Of a stretch of 64,000 nucleotides of DNA, positions 23,664 through 36,373 are shown piece after piece. Each line of letters starts with the position of its first letter. The stretch's first letter is position 1. Origin of the DNA: Podarcis bocagei (taxonomy: Eukaryota); assembly GCA_964188305.1 (NCBI GenBank), contig OZ076886.1, one strand, 5' to 3'. The position numbers and the translations under genes are program-made. The notes under the pieces were generated by a model. It saw nothing but the letters and a program-made list of their open reading frames with translations. It was not told where the DNA came from and ran no database searches.

Positions 23664-23902
23664 ACTAAGGTATCATTTTAAACAAGATATCTTTAAATCT
23701 CAAGGAGGGGATGGAGAGGGGAGAGCAAGAAAATGACATCAGGCAGGGAGAGAATATTGCACAGCGAGGGGGTGTCTAACCATTCCCCAACCACAACCAC
23801 CCTGATGTAAGCCACACACTCAAAAATCACTGCTGGCACAATTGGAAGTTTCTGTTCCAAGGCCAATTTCAGCTTGAGGGATGGAAGGATGGTGGCAGAG
23901 GG

Positions 23903-23988
23903 TTTTTTTTTTTTAATATAATTTTTATTAACAGGCCAATCAAATCACATTTTCCAAATCAAATTAGTTCCAAATTATACAGCCAGAA
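23903..23988 (-). mobile_element. Very short L1-type tail insertion
   Basis: poly(T) plus AATATAATTTTTATT (tail signature shared with 56170-56194); direct repeat GTGGCAGAGG(G)TTTT on both sides. Confidence 0.68.
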
Positions 23989-25628
23989 GTGGCAGAGGTT
24001 TTTAGCAGGACTGCAACACACAGGAAAAGGATTAAATCCTCCTTCCTATATGCTGCAGTCACAATTTTACTCCTCTTCAGCAGCTGATGTATTCTATTGA
24101 TATGTATCGCTACTGTCTTTTTGTGAGTTAGCCATTATAATTTATGTTCTGCTTTATGCTGCTTTTATTGACTGTGTGTCGTTAGCTACCCAGTGCTCCA
24201 AAAGGGAAGAAGGTTGGGATGCACAAAATGCTAAATAAATATTCAAATAACTTTTTAAAAGTGCATTATTACACACTTGTGCCATGTAGCTCAGTGGTAG
24301 AGCATCAGCTCTGCATGCAAAATGTCCTAGATTGCCATTCAGTGCATACAGTACTGAGCTGGATAGGCTAGTGGTCTGATACAAGACAGCTTCCTAGGAA
24401 CTTAGTTTGGCCCTTAATTCATTTGTGCTGGAGGTGGGGAGAAAAGAACTAGATCTTTTCCATTTTACAGAAGCTTCTCTTCATGGTCATCTGAAGTCTG
24501 ATCCTCCTCACCAAAGGAAGCCAGGTGAGTGACTTATTACAAGCCTGCTTTTATTACTGAAATACAAAATGTGAATTAAGGACTATCCAATCACTTCAGC
24601 TGGCAGTCTGTATTCTTAATGAAAATTGCCCAGGGAGGATATGTTCCTCACACCCACCTTCTCTAAAGCATAAATGAAAGACAAGTTATAAACATAAAAC
24701 CAAAACCTTTGAAGGCTGTGTCATTGACACTGCCTGGAAAGGAAGTAAACAAGGTTTTGCCAGAGAGCTATGATTAGAATATGAATGCCCCGAAAGACCA
24801 GAGACATGTTCCTAGGCAACAGCCAGAATCAGTATTATGAGTTTATAAGAAAGCTCTGTCTCAGACAAGCCAAATCGCAAAACCAAGACAATCCAAAAAC
24901 GGGAAGATGAAAAGATAATATGTGCTTTGGGAGTTTATTTTATGCTTCCCCTCCTCTTCTAATATGTTCACAGTTGCTTCTGAGTAGCAGCCAAAAAGGA
25001 GACTGCATTACTCAGCCCATTTCTCAAAAATTAATACTGTAAAACCAACGAGAAAGTCAATGGTGGCCTTACTGTTGTAGTTTTCCATCCGATTCCAAAC
25101 AAACAATTCTTGTGACTGAAGTAGAAAGAACAGAAGAATCAGTTGTCAATAAAAGCTCAACCAAAGGCCTTGGTCCAGCAATCCACAGACTTATTCAGGT
25201 GGATCAACTCCTGCACGTGGGAGAGCCAGTCACATCTGGTGATAGAAACCCCGCTCCAGTTCTTGCATGGACATCTCTTTGGATGAGCCTGGAGCTGTCT
25301 GTCACTATAATCAATCACAAGACCCAGCACACGAACACCATTTGAATGCCAGTGCCCATCAATTCTGGGGTGTGTGTGTCGGCCCCTTCAAATATTTTAT
25401 TGGGGGGCAGGGTGAAGGGACATCAGACCCTAGGAGTTGACTCCTATGGTGGATACCAAGAAACACAATACTTGCAACATTTGCCACTGCTGTTAGCAGC
25501 CTTGAGACCATTTGGTGGAAAAGGGGGATACAAATGCAACAAATAATTAAGATAAACAAACCTTACACACCTTGGGCAGGAAAAAAACCACCAGACAACA
25601 TATCTGAAATACCGCAGCACATGAACTA

Positions 25629-26692
25629 CCGTATTTTTCGTCCCATAGGACGCTCCGTCCCATAGGACGCACCTAGTTTTTTTGGGGGGAAATAAAGGAA
25701 AAAATTTTTTCCTTTATTTCCCCCCCAAAAGCAGGTCGGGGAAACCGAACCAGGTTGAGGAACAGCGGGATGGCGGTGCTGCGCTTCCCTGCTTTCCCCC
25801 GAGCTTGTGGGGCTGGCCGATGTCTGCCTGGCGCGAGGGGCGCTCTGCTTCAGGGCGCCCCTCGCGGTGGGCAGCAGGCTGCTATCCGCAGCGTGGGGAG
25901 CCCTGCGGGGAACTCCTGCAAGGCTCCCCACGCTGTGGATGCCTTCCTGGCGCGGGGGGCGCTCTGCTTCAGGGCGCCCCACCCGCTGGGCGGCAGGCTG
26001 CTATCCGCAGTGTGGGGAGCCCTGCGGGAAACTCCTGCAAGGCTCCCCACGCTGCGGATGTCTGCCCGGCGCGGGGGGCGCTCTGCTTCAGGGCGCCCTG
26101 CCCGCCGGGCGGCAGGCTGCTATCCGCAGCATGGGGAGCCCTGCGGGGAACTCCTGCAAGGCTCCCCACGCTGCGGATGTCTGCCCGGCACGGGGGGCAC
26201 TCTGCTTCAGGGTGCTAGGCCCGCCGGGAGGCAGGCTGCTTCCGCAGCATGGGGAGCCCTGCGGGGAACTCCTGCAAGGCTCCCCACGCTGCGGATGTCT
26301 GCCCGGCGCGGGGGGCGCTCTGCTTCAGGGCGCCCCTCGCGCCAGGCGGCAGGCTGCTATCCGCAGCCTAGACATCCCTGCGGGACCTCCCGCAGGGCTG
26401 CCTAGGCTGCGGATGTGTTCCTGAAGCGCCAGGCACTCTGCTTTCAGGGCGCCCGACGCTCCGGGAAGCAGGCTGCTATCCGCAGCCTAGACAGCCCTGC
26501 AGGACCTCCCACAGGGCTGCCTAGGCTGCGGATGTCTTCCTGAAGCCTGGAGGGCGAGAGGGGTCGGTGCGCACCGACCCCTCTCGCTCTCCAAGCTTCA
26601 GCAAAAGCCTGCATTCACCCCATAGGACGCACCCAGATTTCCCCTTCATTTTTGGAGGGGGAAAAGTGCGTCCTATAGGGCAAAAAATACGG
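25629..26692 (+). mobile_element. CCGTATTTT-ended (Tc2-like) MITE with six 118-119 bp GC-rich tandem units
   Basis: TA|CCGTATTTTTCG...CAAAAAATACGG|TA; subterminal CCCATAGGACGC repeats; unit starts at 25819, 25938, 26057, 26176, 26294, 26412 and 26531. Confidence 0.9.
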
Positions 26693-26962
26693 TAATCAAG
26701 GAGGGCTTGGAACTGAAAATGATAGTCTTTGACACACTGCACAAAGGAACTAAACCACACAAAAGGGAGAAATGTGTTTGAATCTTTACTAAGACTATAA
26801 TCAGCTGACTGACCTTTTGTTTATAAGCTACTTTAGATGTGCTGCCTCAGCAAGACCAGACCCACCTAATTAGTTTGTTGATTGTGCTGTAAAGAGCCTT
26901 TAGTTATTAAGCCCTTGATTCTCCAGCCTTTTACTCACTGCCCAATAAAAATCTAGTCTCCT

Positions 26963-27228
26963 ACTGGAAGGACAGATCCTGAAGCTGAGACTCCAATACT
27001 TTGGCCACCTCATGAGAAAAAAAGACCCTGAACCTGATGTTGGGAAAGATGGAGGGCACAAGGAGAAGGGGACGAAAGAGGACGAGATGGTTGGACAGTG
27101 TTCTCGAAGCTACCAGCATGAGTTTGACTAAACTGCGGGAGGCAGTGGAAGACAGGAGTGCCTGGCGTGCTCTGGTCCATGGGGTCACGAAGAGTCGGAC
27201 ACGACTAAACGACTAAACAACAACAACA
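26963..27228 (+). mobile_element. BovB/RTE LINE 3' end
   Basis: LKLRLQYFGHLMR...WRALVHGVTKSRTRLND-type terminus and (CAA)n tail. Confidence 0.9.
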
Positions 27229-28664
27229 GCTGACATTTAAGTGTCCTCTCATTTGACCCCATGTAGGGCCTTTAATTCTAAAAAGGTGTGCCAGAGCAAG
27301 TAAGCAAGCTCTCTAGGCAAAGCTTTATGCCTAGCACACAGGAAACTGTCACATGCCCATGTTGTCAATGTGAAGAAAAAGCCTGGTTCCTCGTGCCTCC
27401 ATTCCCTTGAGTGAGGCACATTATCTCCAGAATCCACAGGAAAGGTGCTGCCTGGCAGGAAAATTTGGGAAATCCTGGTTGCCATTTCTATCAACTCCCT
27501 ATTTCTGTCTCAGAGGGTGTCTTGGGTCTTCCAAACTCCTGGCCAGGTGTCACACTAGTTACCTGCCCAATGTGGCATAGGTTCTGATTGGTCAAAAGGA
27601 GCCGGGGTGTGCGTCAGACACGGCCAGCACACCCATGAGGCAAAGTGGGGCAACTGCCTCAGGCAGCAGGATCCATTGGGGCAGAAGATCCAGCCTTCAA
27701 GGAATGCATTGCCAGGTGCAATGTGCTCCTTGGAGGTCAGATCTGCCACCTCCTCAGCAGAACATCCAATGCCACATCTATAGTGACAGGAGGCACTGCT
27801 GGTCTCTTCCCATGCCTGGGCAGGAAGTGGCAGGGGCTGCCCTCTGGGGTCTCCACCTGCCCAGTGTGATTCAGAGAGGGCCCTTTCCCCCCAGCACCAT
27901 GAGAGATTTTGATTCCCACTTCAACCACCAGGTAAGGTTGATTTGATTCCTCCATTTGTTCCCAATGTTGGTCTTCACTCTCCCCCCTTGATCCTGGTGG
28001 AAATCTTCTTCTTCTTCTCTGGCAGGAGGCACCATTTTCTGGTTTGCCTGTGGTGCCCGAATGTATTCAGTCATCCTTGGGGGTCAAGAGAACCCCAGAA
28101 CAGTGTGCAGGAGAGGGGGAAGACATTGTTCTGCTGGCAAGCTGATACGCTTGCGCAGATGGAACAGTCCACACAGTGTGACGTACATTCATTTTTATTA
28201 AGAACAGCTAGGCGTGTTGGCTTTAAAAATGGAAAATAGTTGTAAATTCAAATGTCATAATGCACAGTAACTATCTCTGAGATATAGGGCACTCTATAGG
28301 ATCCATTGATTACTTTACCGGTAAGGAAATCTGTGACTCGGTTAATGTCACTCAGGGTGCCCAATTAGAGCACAGCTGCAGGTCAGAATATTCAGACCAC
28401 TAAACTGTTGGCATGAATTGTCAGGGCAGGCTGCAGTCCCAAGATCAAGAGCATTGTGACATGTCCTCTATTACAGCTTAACTTGCATGTTCTATAGCCA
28501 CCTTCTCATATCCACAATTTTGAAGGGGGGAGCTTCTCCCGTCCATGGTACCAGGGGAAAATGTTCCTCTTCAAGCAAGCCTTTGGCTGGTTAAACAATC
28601 TATGGTCTTTAAAATGTGTTTGTGGGAGGGGGAGCTATTAAGCTATTTGGGTTTTTTGCTATTA

Positions 28665-28890
28665 CAGTGGTACCTCGGGTTTCATATGCTTCAGGTTACA
28701 GACTCCGCTCACCCAGAAATAGCACCTCGGGTTAAGAACTTTGCTTCAGGATGAGAACAGAAATCATGCTCCGGCGGTGCGGCAGCAGCAGCAGGCCCCA
28801 TTAGCTAAAGTGGTGCTTCAGGTTAAGAACAGTTTCTGGTTAAGAATGGACCTCCAGAACGAATTAAGTTCTTAACCTGAGGTACCACTG
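28665..28890 (-). mobile_element. pogo/Tigger-like MITE (GGTTAAGAAC family), inserted in an L2 3' tail
   Basis: Reverse complement of the 19488/29002 copies; TA TSD; flanks 28577-28990 align with the L2 tail at about 45200-45370. Confidence 0.88.
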
Positions 28891-29001
28891 TATATTATGT
28901 ATTTTGTGTTTGCATTTTGCATTTTTATGTAGTAAACTGCTCTGCAACCTTTGGGTGAAGGGTGGTTTATAAATTTAATAAATAAATAAAAATGCAACAT
29001 A

Positions 29002-29259
29002 CAGTGGTACCTCGGGTTAAGTACTTAATTCGTTCCAGAGGTCCGTTCTTAACCTGAAACTGTTGTTAACCTGAAGCACCACTTTAGCTAATGGGGCCTC
29101 CCGCTGCCGCCGCGCCACCGGAGCCTGATTTCTGTTCTTATTCTGAAGCAAAGTTCTTAACCTGAAGCACTATTTCTGGGTTAGCGGAGTGTGTAACCTG
29201 AAGCGTATGTAACCTGAAGCGTATGTAACCTGAAGCATATGTAACCCGAGGTACCACTA
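29002..29259 (+). mobile_element. pogo/Tigger-like MITE (GGTTAAGAAC family)
   Basis: TA TSD, TIRs, expanded 15-bp GTAACCTGAAGCGTAT-type repeat near the right end. Confidence 0.9.
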
Positions 29260-29261
29260 TA

Positions 29262-29511
29262 CAGTGGTACCTTGGAAGTCAAATGGAATCCGTTCCGGAA
29301 ATCCGTCTGACTTCCAAAACTTTCAGAAACCAAGGTGCGGCTTCCGATTGGCTGCAGGAAGCTCCTGCAGCCAATGAGAAGTTGCAGAAGCCACGTCAGA
29401 CATTCAGGTTCCAAAGAACGTTCGCAAACGGGAACACTCACTTCTAGGTTTGTGGCGTTTGGGAGCCAATAGGTTCGCCTTGCAAGGTGTTTGGGATCCA
29501 AGGTATGACTG
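29262..29511 (+). mobile_element. pogo/Tigger-like MITE, different subfamily, abutting the previous copy
   Basis: TA|CAGTGGTACCTTGGA...TCCAAGGTATGACTG|TA; internal hairpin ATTGGCTGCAGGA-AGC-TCCTGCAGCCAAT. Confidence 0.82.
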
Positions 29512-29782
29512 TACTTTCAGCAGAGTGCAATCACTGGCCCATCAGAATACAGTTTCAAAAACAGGATATGATATAGTTCTTGAACTAAAAGACTTGCTAC
29601 AGCTGCAGAAAGGCTGCTTCCACTGCCCCCCCCCCGGTCCATGAGGGGAGGGAACTCATGGAGGAAGGGTGGGTTGCCTTGGGCCTGCTCAAGAATCATG
29701 GACTTGCTAGGCTACATTGGGGTGAGCATGTGCAACACACACATTTTTTTTATTTTAAGAAACCTGCCAGCATCAATAAATA

Positions 29783-30382
29783 CCGTATTTTTCGTCCTAT
29801 AGGGCGCACCGGCCCATAGGACGCACCTCGTTTTTTGGGGGGGAAATGAATAAAAAAAAAATATTTTCCCCCCCTCCACCCTGGCTGCCGCCCCAAGCCT
29901 TGCGCTCACCTGCCCGAAGCACGGGGCACCCTCCGGAGGGCTCCCCGTGCTTCGGGCAACAGGCTGCCGCCCCAAGCCTCGCGCGCTTGGCGGGACCTCC
30001 TGCCGGGCGTGCAAGGCTTGCAGACACTCGCCCAAAGCACGGGGAGCCCTCCGGAGGGCTCCCCGTGCTTCGGGCGACAGGCTGCCGCCCCAAGCCTCGC
30101 GCACCGGGTGGGACCTCCTGCCGGGCGCGCAAGGCTTGTGGACACTCGCGGGGGCTGCAGGCTGCTGCCCACAAGCCTTGTGAGCCCGTGGGAACTCCCA
30201 CCGGGCTTGCAAGGCTTGCGGATAGCTTCCTGAAGCCTGGAGAGCGAGAGGGGTCGGTGCGCACCAATGCCTCTCGCTCTCCAGGCTTCAGCGAAAGCCT
30301 GCATTCGCCCCATAGGACGCACACACATTTCCCCTTCATTTTTGGAGGGGAAAAAGTGCGTCCTATGGGGCGAAAAATACGG
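29783..30382 (+). mobile_element. CCGTATTTT-ended (Tc2-like) MITE with about 2.5 hairpin units
   Basis: TA TSD, TIRs; right-hand ~150 bp nearly identical to the 25629 copy; unit period 118 bp (29913 to 30031). Confidence 0.9.
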
Positions 30383-31775
30383 TATATGATGTTCAGAACT
30401 GATTGTGAAGCAAGTGCATTTACTGTTGTCAAGCTTTTATAGAGGTGTCAAGAATGCCTTTATGCAGGGGTAGGAAGCCTTCATGGTTGTCAGATCAACT
30501 TTGTTTTCTATTAGAACTACCAGCGGAAGCCACGTGGTTAAAATAATAAAAAACCCAGGGTGCCTCTGACTACATTCCAAGCCTAGGGATTTATTTTTCA
30601 ATATCAGAACTAAACTGAACTGAGGGCACAGTCCTTTCACACAAATATCTATTCCTGGTTAGTTTTCTTCCTTTCAGCAGCCTAATTTAGATGGGGGGGG
30701 GGGTTATTTAGTTGTTGCGAATGTTTAAACAGCTAGGAGTCAGGAAAAACCCTTGCTGATCTAATGCAACCCCCTGGAAATACACCAGTAGATCCCAATC
30801 TGTTGTGTGCCAACCCCTACCTTAATATACCACCAGGTTTTCATTATAAATATTTTCCATAACAAACCTCATGCATAGTGGCCTGAGCACCTACAAAGGG
30901 GAAAGCCCTCTGTCATACCAGCTAAGGACACAAGGGGAAGCCAGTTTCTGCCTTTCAATGTGAAAAAAAGGCTGCAAAGACTGCGCCTATGAGCAAATAG
31001 TTTGAGCACCACTTCCAGACATTGGACTAAGGCACTGGAAAAACTATGCTCAGTGGGAAATTAAGGATCTCCTCCAGTCCCACAACATCTGCAAAGCAGG
31101 AGAGAAACTACTTCAGTCATTCCGCATTTCCTTCTGTGGCACATGCCTCAAACACTCTGATTCTGTTCCAAAGGAATGGCATTGATTTAAATAGGACTTC
31201 TTTGCTTCCTGAATGAAAGGTTTTAACAGCTTAGCAAACTATCCCATCCTGTGGCTCAGTGGGATAATTCAGAGTACAGGATTAGGATAAATTGGGTATT
31301 TTGTACAGTAATTGGGCAAAAGATATTGTCACTGGTTAAGCAGTCACATCATAATCCAAGACAGGAGTTGAGAGGCAGAAACAGAGACACAGAGAGAGGG
31401 AGGATGGTGGGGAGGAAGAATAATTTGAGAACTGTTTCACAAGGCAGGGTGTGGGTAAGCAGAGCAGAAACATATCTCATAAGAAGGACTGTTGCATGCA
31501 GCTACTGAGGAATTTGGGTGGCCTAGAGGCAATGGTTTGTATTAATTACATGCAGCTATGTATGCTAATTAGCTGTGGTCCTCCGGCCCACAATGAATTG
31601 CCAAATGTGACCTTCACATTGGTAGGACGTTCAATGGCCCTCTAAAGTTATTACAGCAGCTTGTTCAGTGAAATCCAAAGTTCCATTCGTTTTGTGCAGC
31701 AGAACACTTGTTGTCAGAAACTAAGTAGATATCAGCCATTTGATGATGATGAAGAAGCTGTTTAAGAATCAGTTC

Positions 31776-31929
31776 CAGTGGCGTAGCGTGGGTTGTCAGC
31801 ACCCGGGGCAAGGCAAGTAATTTGCGCCCCCCTAACCCGTGGATTTTAGCACTCGAGTGCGAGCGTGCCCCCCCAGATGTTGTGCCCGGTGCGGCTGGCC
31901 CCCCCTGCACCCCCCACGCTACGCCACTG
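31776..31929 (+). mobile_element. hAT-type MITE (CAGTGGCGTAGCGTGGG TIR)
   Basis: 17-bp TIR, perfect 8-bp TSD ATCAGTTC. Confidence 0.92.
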
Positions 31930-34900
31930 ATCAGTTCATTCACCATTCAGGAACAAACGCTTTCAAGCATCAAAAACCCAGACTGCATCTGTGCTAAGCA
32001 ACACTTGTAGCCAACTTGAGCAGATGGGAGGGGGGACCACACAGGAAGGGTAACATTCTCTTCAGCTCCTTCATTTGCAAACTGCAGTACTATCCCAGAA
32101 TGCAGATCAGGAATGAAGGAGGGAGAATCTTCCAAACCACTTTTTGCGATGCTGCTTCTGTTGATCTGGAGTGCATAGCAACCAAACCTTTCAAGCTTTG
32201 TTTCAAGCTTCTGTAATAAAATGTACAGCTTTCCAAATGGGTAAACCAGAGGTGGATTTTGGGCAGTGTGACTGGTTCTGCCACACTGGGTACTGAGCCT
32301 AGGGGGCGCTGCAGGGTGCCATAACTATGATGTAGTGAAATGAGCAGAAAGGAAGGAGTGAGGCCGGGGAGACGACTTTTGGCCTCTCACGATGTGCCAC
32401 TGAAAAGTGAAAGACCAAAGTCTGCCTCTAGGTAAACCACTTCAGGGTGGGATGTTTATTGACTTCTCTGATTCTCCCCCCACCCTTCTCCAGTCAATGT
32501 ATCAACAGAAATTTCATACTCTTCTTGTACCTTTAACTACAGGCATCTGTGGGCAGATCCACACCACACTTTTTAAGCACACTCGAGGCACATTTAAAGC
32601 ACATGGTTTCCCCCAAAGAATCCTGGGATGTAGCTTGTTAAGGATGCTGGTAACTATGTCTCTGTGAGGGAAAAACTCCCATTCCCACAATTCCTTGAAG
32701 GAAGTCATGTGTTTTAAATGCATACTGAATGTTGCAAAAAGTTGGTTCACTAGGAATGTGAAGATAATCAACCTCTTTGTTGGCCCACCAAGCTCACAAG
32801 TTCCAACCCATTACTTTGCTGTTTCCTTTTCCTTTAAGGGATCAAAAACAACAACCCCGTCCTCATATTCTGCTGTACCCATTAGAACAGCAAACATCGA
32901 GAGGAAAATCTTTGCTTCTGCTCAGCAAAGCAAGAGCTTTATTAGCAATGCCACTCAGACCTTTTAGAAGCACTTCTCTGATGCTGAAAAAATGGGGTTC
33001 TCTGGAAGGAAAAAAGGCCTTCTCCTCAACAGTCGCAGCATATTTATGGAAGGCTACTCACTGGGCTGGGGCTCTTACCAAGCAAGCTGATCTTACATTT
33101 GAGCCTCTTTATCTAAATGCTGTTTCTGGACTCACCTTAAAAAGCAAACAATATGTCACTTATCTTTGCTTAGGTATGTGCTGGATTGCTCAATCTCCGA
33201 CTTCTTCATTGCTAAGCATAGCTGAAGGATGATCAAGGTATTAAAAACTTACGTTGTGTAAGAAATAGCTGCTCAGTCCAGAAACACATGCTCTCCCAGT
33301 TGCCCATCCCATTCATGACAGCGGAGAGCTGCTCTCTCTTTCCCACACTGACAAACAGGACATTTGGTGAGCTTGTAATTTCAATAGCAGGCATGAATGC
33401 AAAGTAAAAAACCAAACCTGTATTTGACTATAAAAGAAGAGGACAGTATTGTACACATCAATACAACACCAAAATACAAACTCATATTTCTAACTGGCCA
33501 TGCTTGGATTACATTATGCCTTAAGTATTTAAAAAACCCTTTGGAATTTTGCATTATAATATTTTCCTTACCTAAACAAAGGATAGACTCCAAGTTCCTC
33601 CAAATTTGGGGAGGAGAGTTTGAATGGGATCCAAAAGGCTATGCATGGCATTTTGTTCATGTAGGTGTTTTTTGTGCCCCCTTCTCACTACAGCTCCATG
33701 TGATCCTCAAGAAGGTGCCCGGGAAACCCCTCCAGAGGAGAACGGCAACACAGTGCAGAGGAATTAAATGGGAACAAGTGAAACATGAAACTCCCAGTGT
33801 GTATATATTGACATTTATGCAGGTCTCTTTTAACCCTGGCCTTTGTTCCCCTTGGCACAAATTGCAAGAGGTGCTAATTAATATCTCTAGAAGTTCTCTT
33901 GCCTGAATCACATTTTTACAGCAGTCAAATATCTCTACACTGCCCCCCCCCCCTGCCAGAATCCTCTCCAATGTTTTCTAAAAGCATTCATGGTAAAACC
34001 TGACAGACATCTATAGATCAGAATTATGGTACCTCTTCCCTTCTCTAGACCAGACAAATAAGCCAAAGATAAACAGATCAGGTCAAAACTCTAACCCCTG
34101 TCAATGTGTGCACACTGCAAGAATAGCCATCCAACTATTTGTACAGATGGGTAAGGCTTCAGGAATGATGCTCCCCCACCCTACACAAAGTGAAAGAATG
34201 TTGCACTTAATCAGGTTTTTCTGATCTGTTGCTGTATTTATACAAGGCAGCCTAATGTTGCGAGAGCACAAGGGAACAAACTTAGGGTTTGCTCTGGTCT
34301 AGTTCTCACTAAAGTGGTAAACCTGTCTCAGACCTGGGCCACTTCAGCAGGCAGGCCCTTTATTTGCTTACTTATTTTTTTTACGGTTCTTAGAAAAATA
34401 CCGTACAAGGAAGAAGGTTATACCAGCACTATTCCTCCTGTCATGTTCAGGGATTTATTTTTATTTTTATTTGGAGGAGCGGTGAAATCTGGGGACCCTT
34501 CCATCTGCAGCCCCAAGTGGCACATGTCAGACACGGTTACACCAAATTAACTGGGCCTCTTATCACTGCTGCACAGAACACACTCCTGCAAACGTAACTT
34601 GGACCTTGGAGAAGTCGGCGAAAAACAGGGAAACCATGAAACAAAAAAATGAAAGACATTTCCTCCAGAATGACCTTAAGGATGAGAAAGTTCATGATTT
34701 CAGCAGAACAAGAATTCCATTCCCCAAATGAGTACATGCTGGAAAAGATAAACAGCGTCTGGTTTGGAAAACGAAAGGCCACAGTCAGTTCTGTTAGCAA
34801 GCCCCTGCTCAGTCGAACTTTCAGAGGAGCGAAAAGCACCCTTCGCCACCAGTCTCAAAGCTCTTCAGCAACAGAACAACACAATGATGCACATTTGAAA

Positions 34901-35689
34901 TCTAAGTACTTCAAATCCTTAAGCAGTTGTTCATCCAAAACTCTTAAGACAAATCCTTGGAAATTTAGACATTTTTCCCCAAGGCCCACCATTCCAAGAC
35001 ATTCAAGGTGAGTGGTATAAAGAGGGTTTATCTATGCAGAGCTGTAGGGCAGGTCGGAGAAAAGCAGCAGCCCTAGGTAAGCACTGTGTTCAAGTGGGGA
35101 CTCGGGTCCAAGACTAAAATACTATCCACTTATCACTGGTGCAAATGGGGAAGAGTGGTTCTGCCCTTCATCTCCTCTCCCAGGCACAGGTTTAGACAAG
35201 TCTGCACTAGAATATAAATAAATATGTCCTGTTGCAGCCTAAGACAAAGGTTCTGTATGTACCCTGTATCAATTATGTAGGCTAAGGCTGCAATCATTTA
35301 CCAAGTTCCTTAGGAGTAAGCCGCCCTGAACATGGCTAATGTGGATTTAATAACTACCTGTGTTGCTGATATTCTGGCATTTCCCCTTTTAATCTCAATG
35401 TACGTTTCATAAGCAGTTCTGAAAAATCTTTGGAGTTAACAAACCTTGGATATAAATATATTAAATGAATAAATTAAATAAAACATAGTCATTCAGATGT
35501 AGGTGATGTGTGCCTTAAATCCGCAGGGCCAAGCGGGAAAAAGGGGCCATGAATCCATAAATTCACTCAAGCAGTGGTAAACATGATGCGTGCCAGTCTC
35601 GTCTCTCTTATCCCCACCCTGTAGAGATAGGAAAGGAGCAGTTGAAAGTTGCATTGTATCAGTCACACTGCAGTTCTAAGGTTCTAGGA

Positions 35690-36155
35690 CTGGGAGCGGC
35701 TGCCAAGACCATATAACATTGGTCCTGAAAGACCTACATTGGCTCCCAGTACATTTCTGAGCACAATTCAAAGTGTTGGTGCTGACCTTTAAAGCCCTAA
35801 ACGGTCTTGGCCCAGTATACCTAAAGGAGCATCTCCATCCCCATTGTTCTGCCCGGACACTGAGGTCCAGTGCCAAGGGCCTTCTGGCGGTTCCCTCACT
35901 GCGAGAAGCAAAGCTACAGGGAACCAGGCAGAGGGCCTTCTCGGTAGTGGCACCCGCCTTGTGGAACGCCCTCCCACCAGATGTCATAGAGAAAAACAAC
36001 TACCAGACTTTTAGAAGACATCTGAAGGCAGCCCTGTTTAGGGAAGCTTTTAATGTGTGACATTTTAATGTATTTTTAATCTTTGTTTGAAGCCGCCCAG
36101 AGTGTCTGGGGAAACCCAGCCAGATGGGCAGGGTACAAATAATAAACTATTATTA
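35690..36155 (+). mobile_element. L2-clade LINE 3' fragment
   Basis: DLHWLPV...FKVLVLTFKAL...RAFSVVAPALWNALP...FRRHLKA motif set and (TAT)n tail. Confidence 0.88.
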
Positions 36156-36373
36156 TGACAACCTGGAAAGTGCTTTGCAACTGTAGGGATGATCCATGTC
36201 TGTGCTCCAACTCCCTGCTCAAGAAGAGGGTAGAACAGCCTTCACCATCCTAGTAATGCCCAGATACCTTGATCTACAATTTCCATCTGTCCCTGCCAAC
36301 ACAACCCCATCCCTGCCCTCATGCTGCCCTTGGTAGGAGGTGCCCAAGCACTAAGAGGCATCAGAGACAAGAC

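Noticed and set aside
24280-24345. tRNA-like heads (also 3470 and 61224)
   Set aside because: A-box only, degenerate B-box, no cloverleaf, and followed by SINE body: SINE remnants rather than tRNA genes.
25626-26424. Long overlapping ORFs (178-216 aa) with repeated peptides
   Set aside because: Products of a GC-rich, stop-poor tandem array inside a MITE; open in several frames and on both strands. The same applies to 29712-30442.
25819-26531. CRISPR-like array of palindromic repeats
   Set aside because: Units are contiguous tandem repeats with no unique spacers, no cas genes, and the context is eukaryotic.
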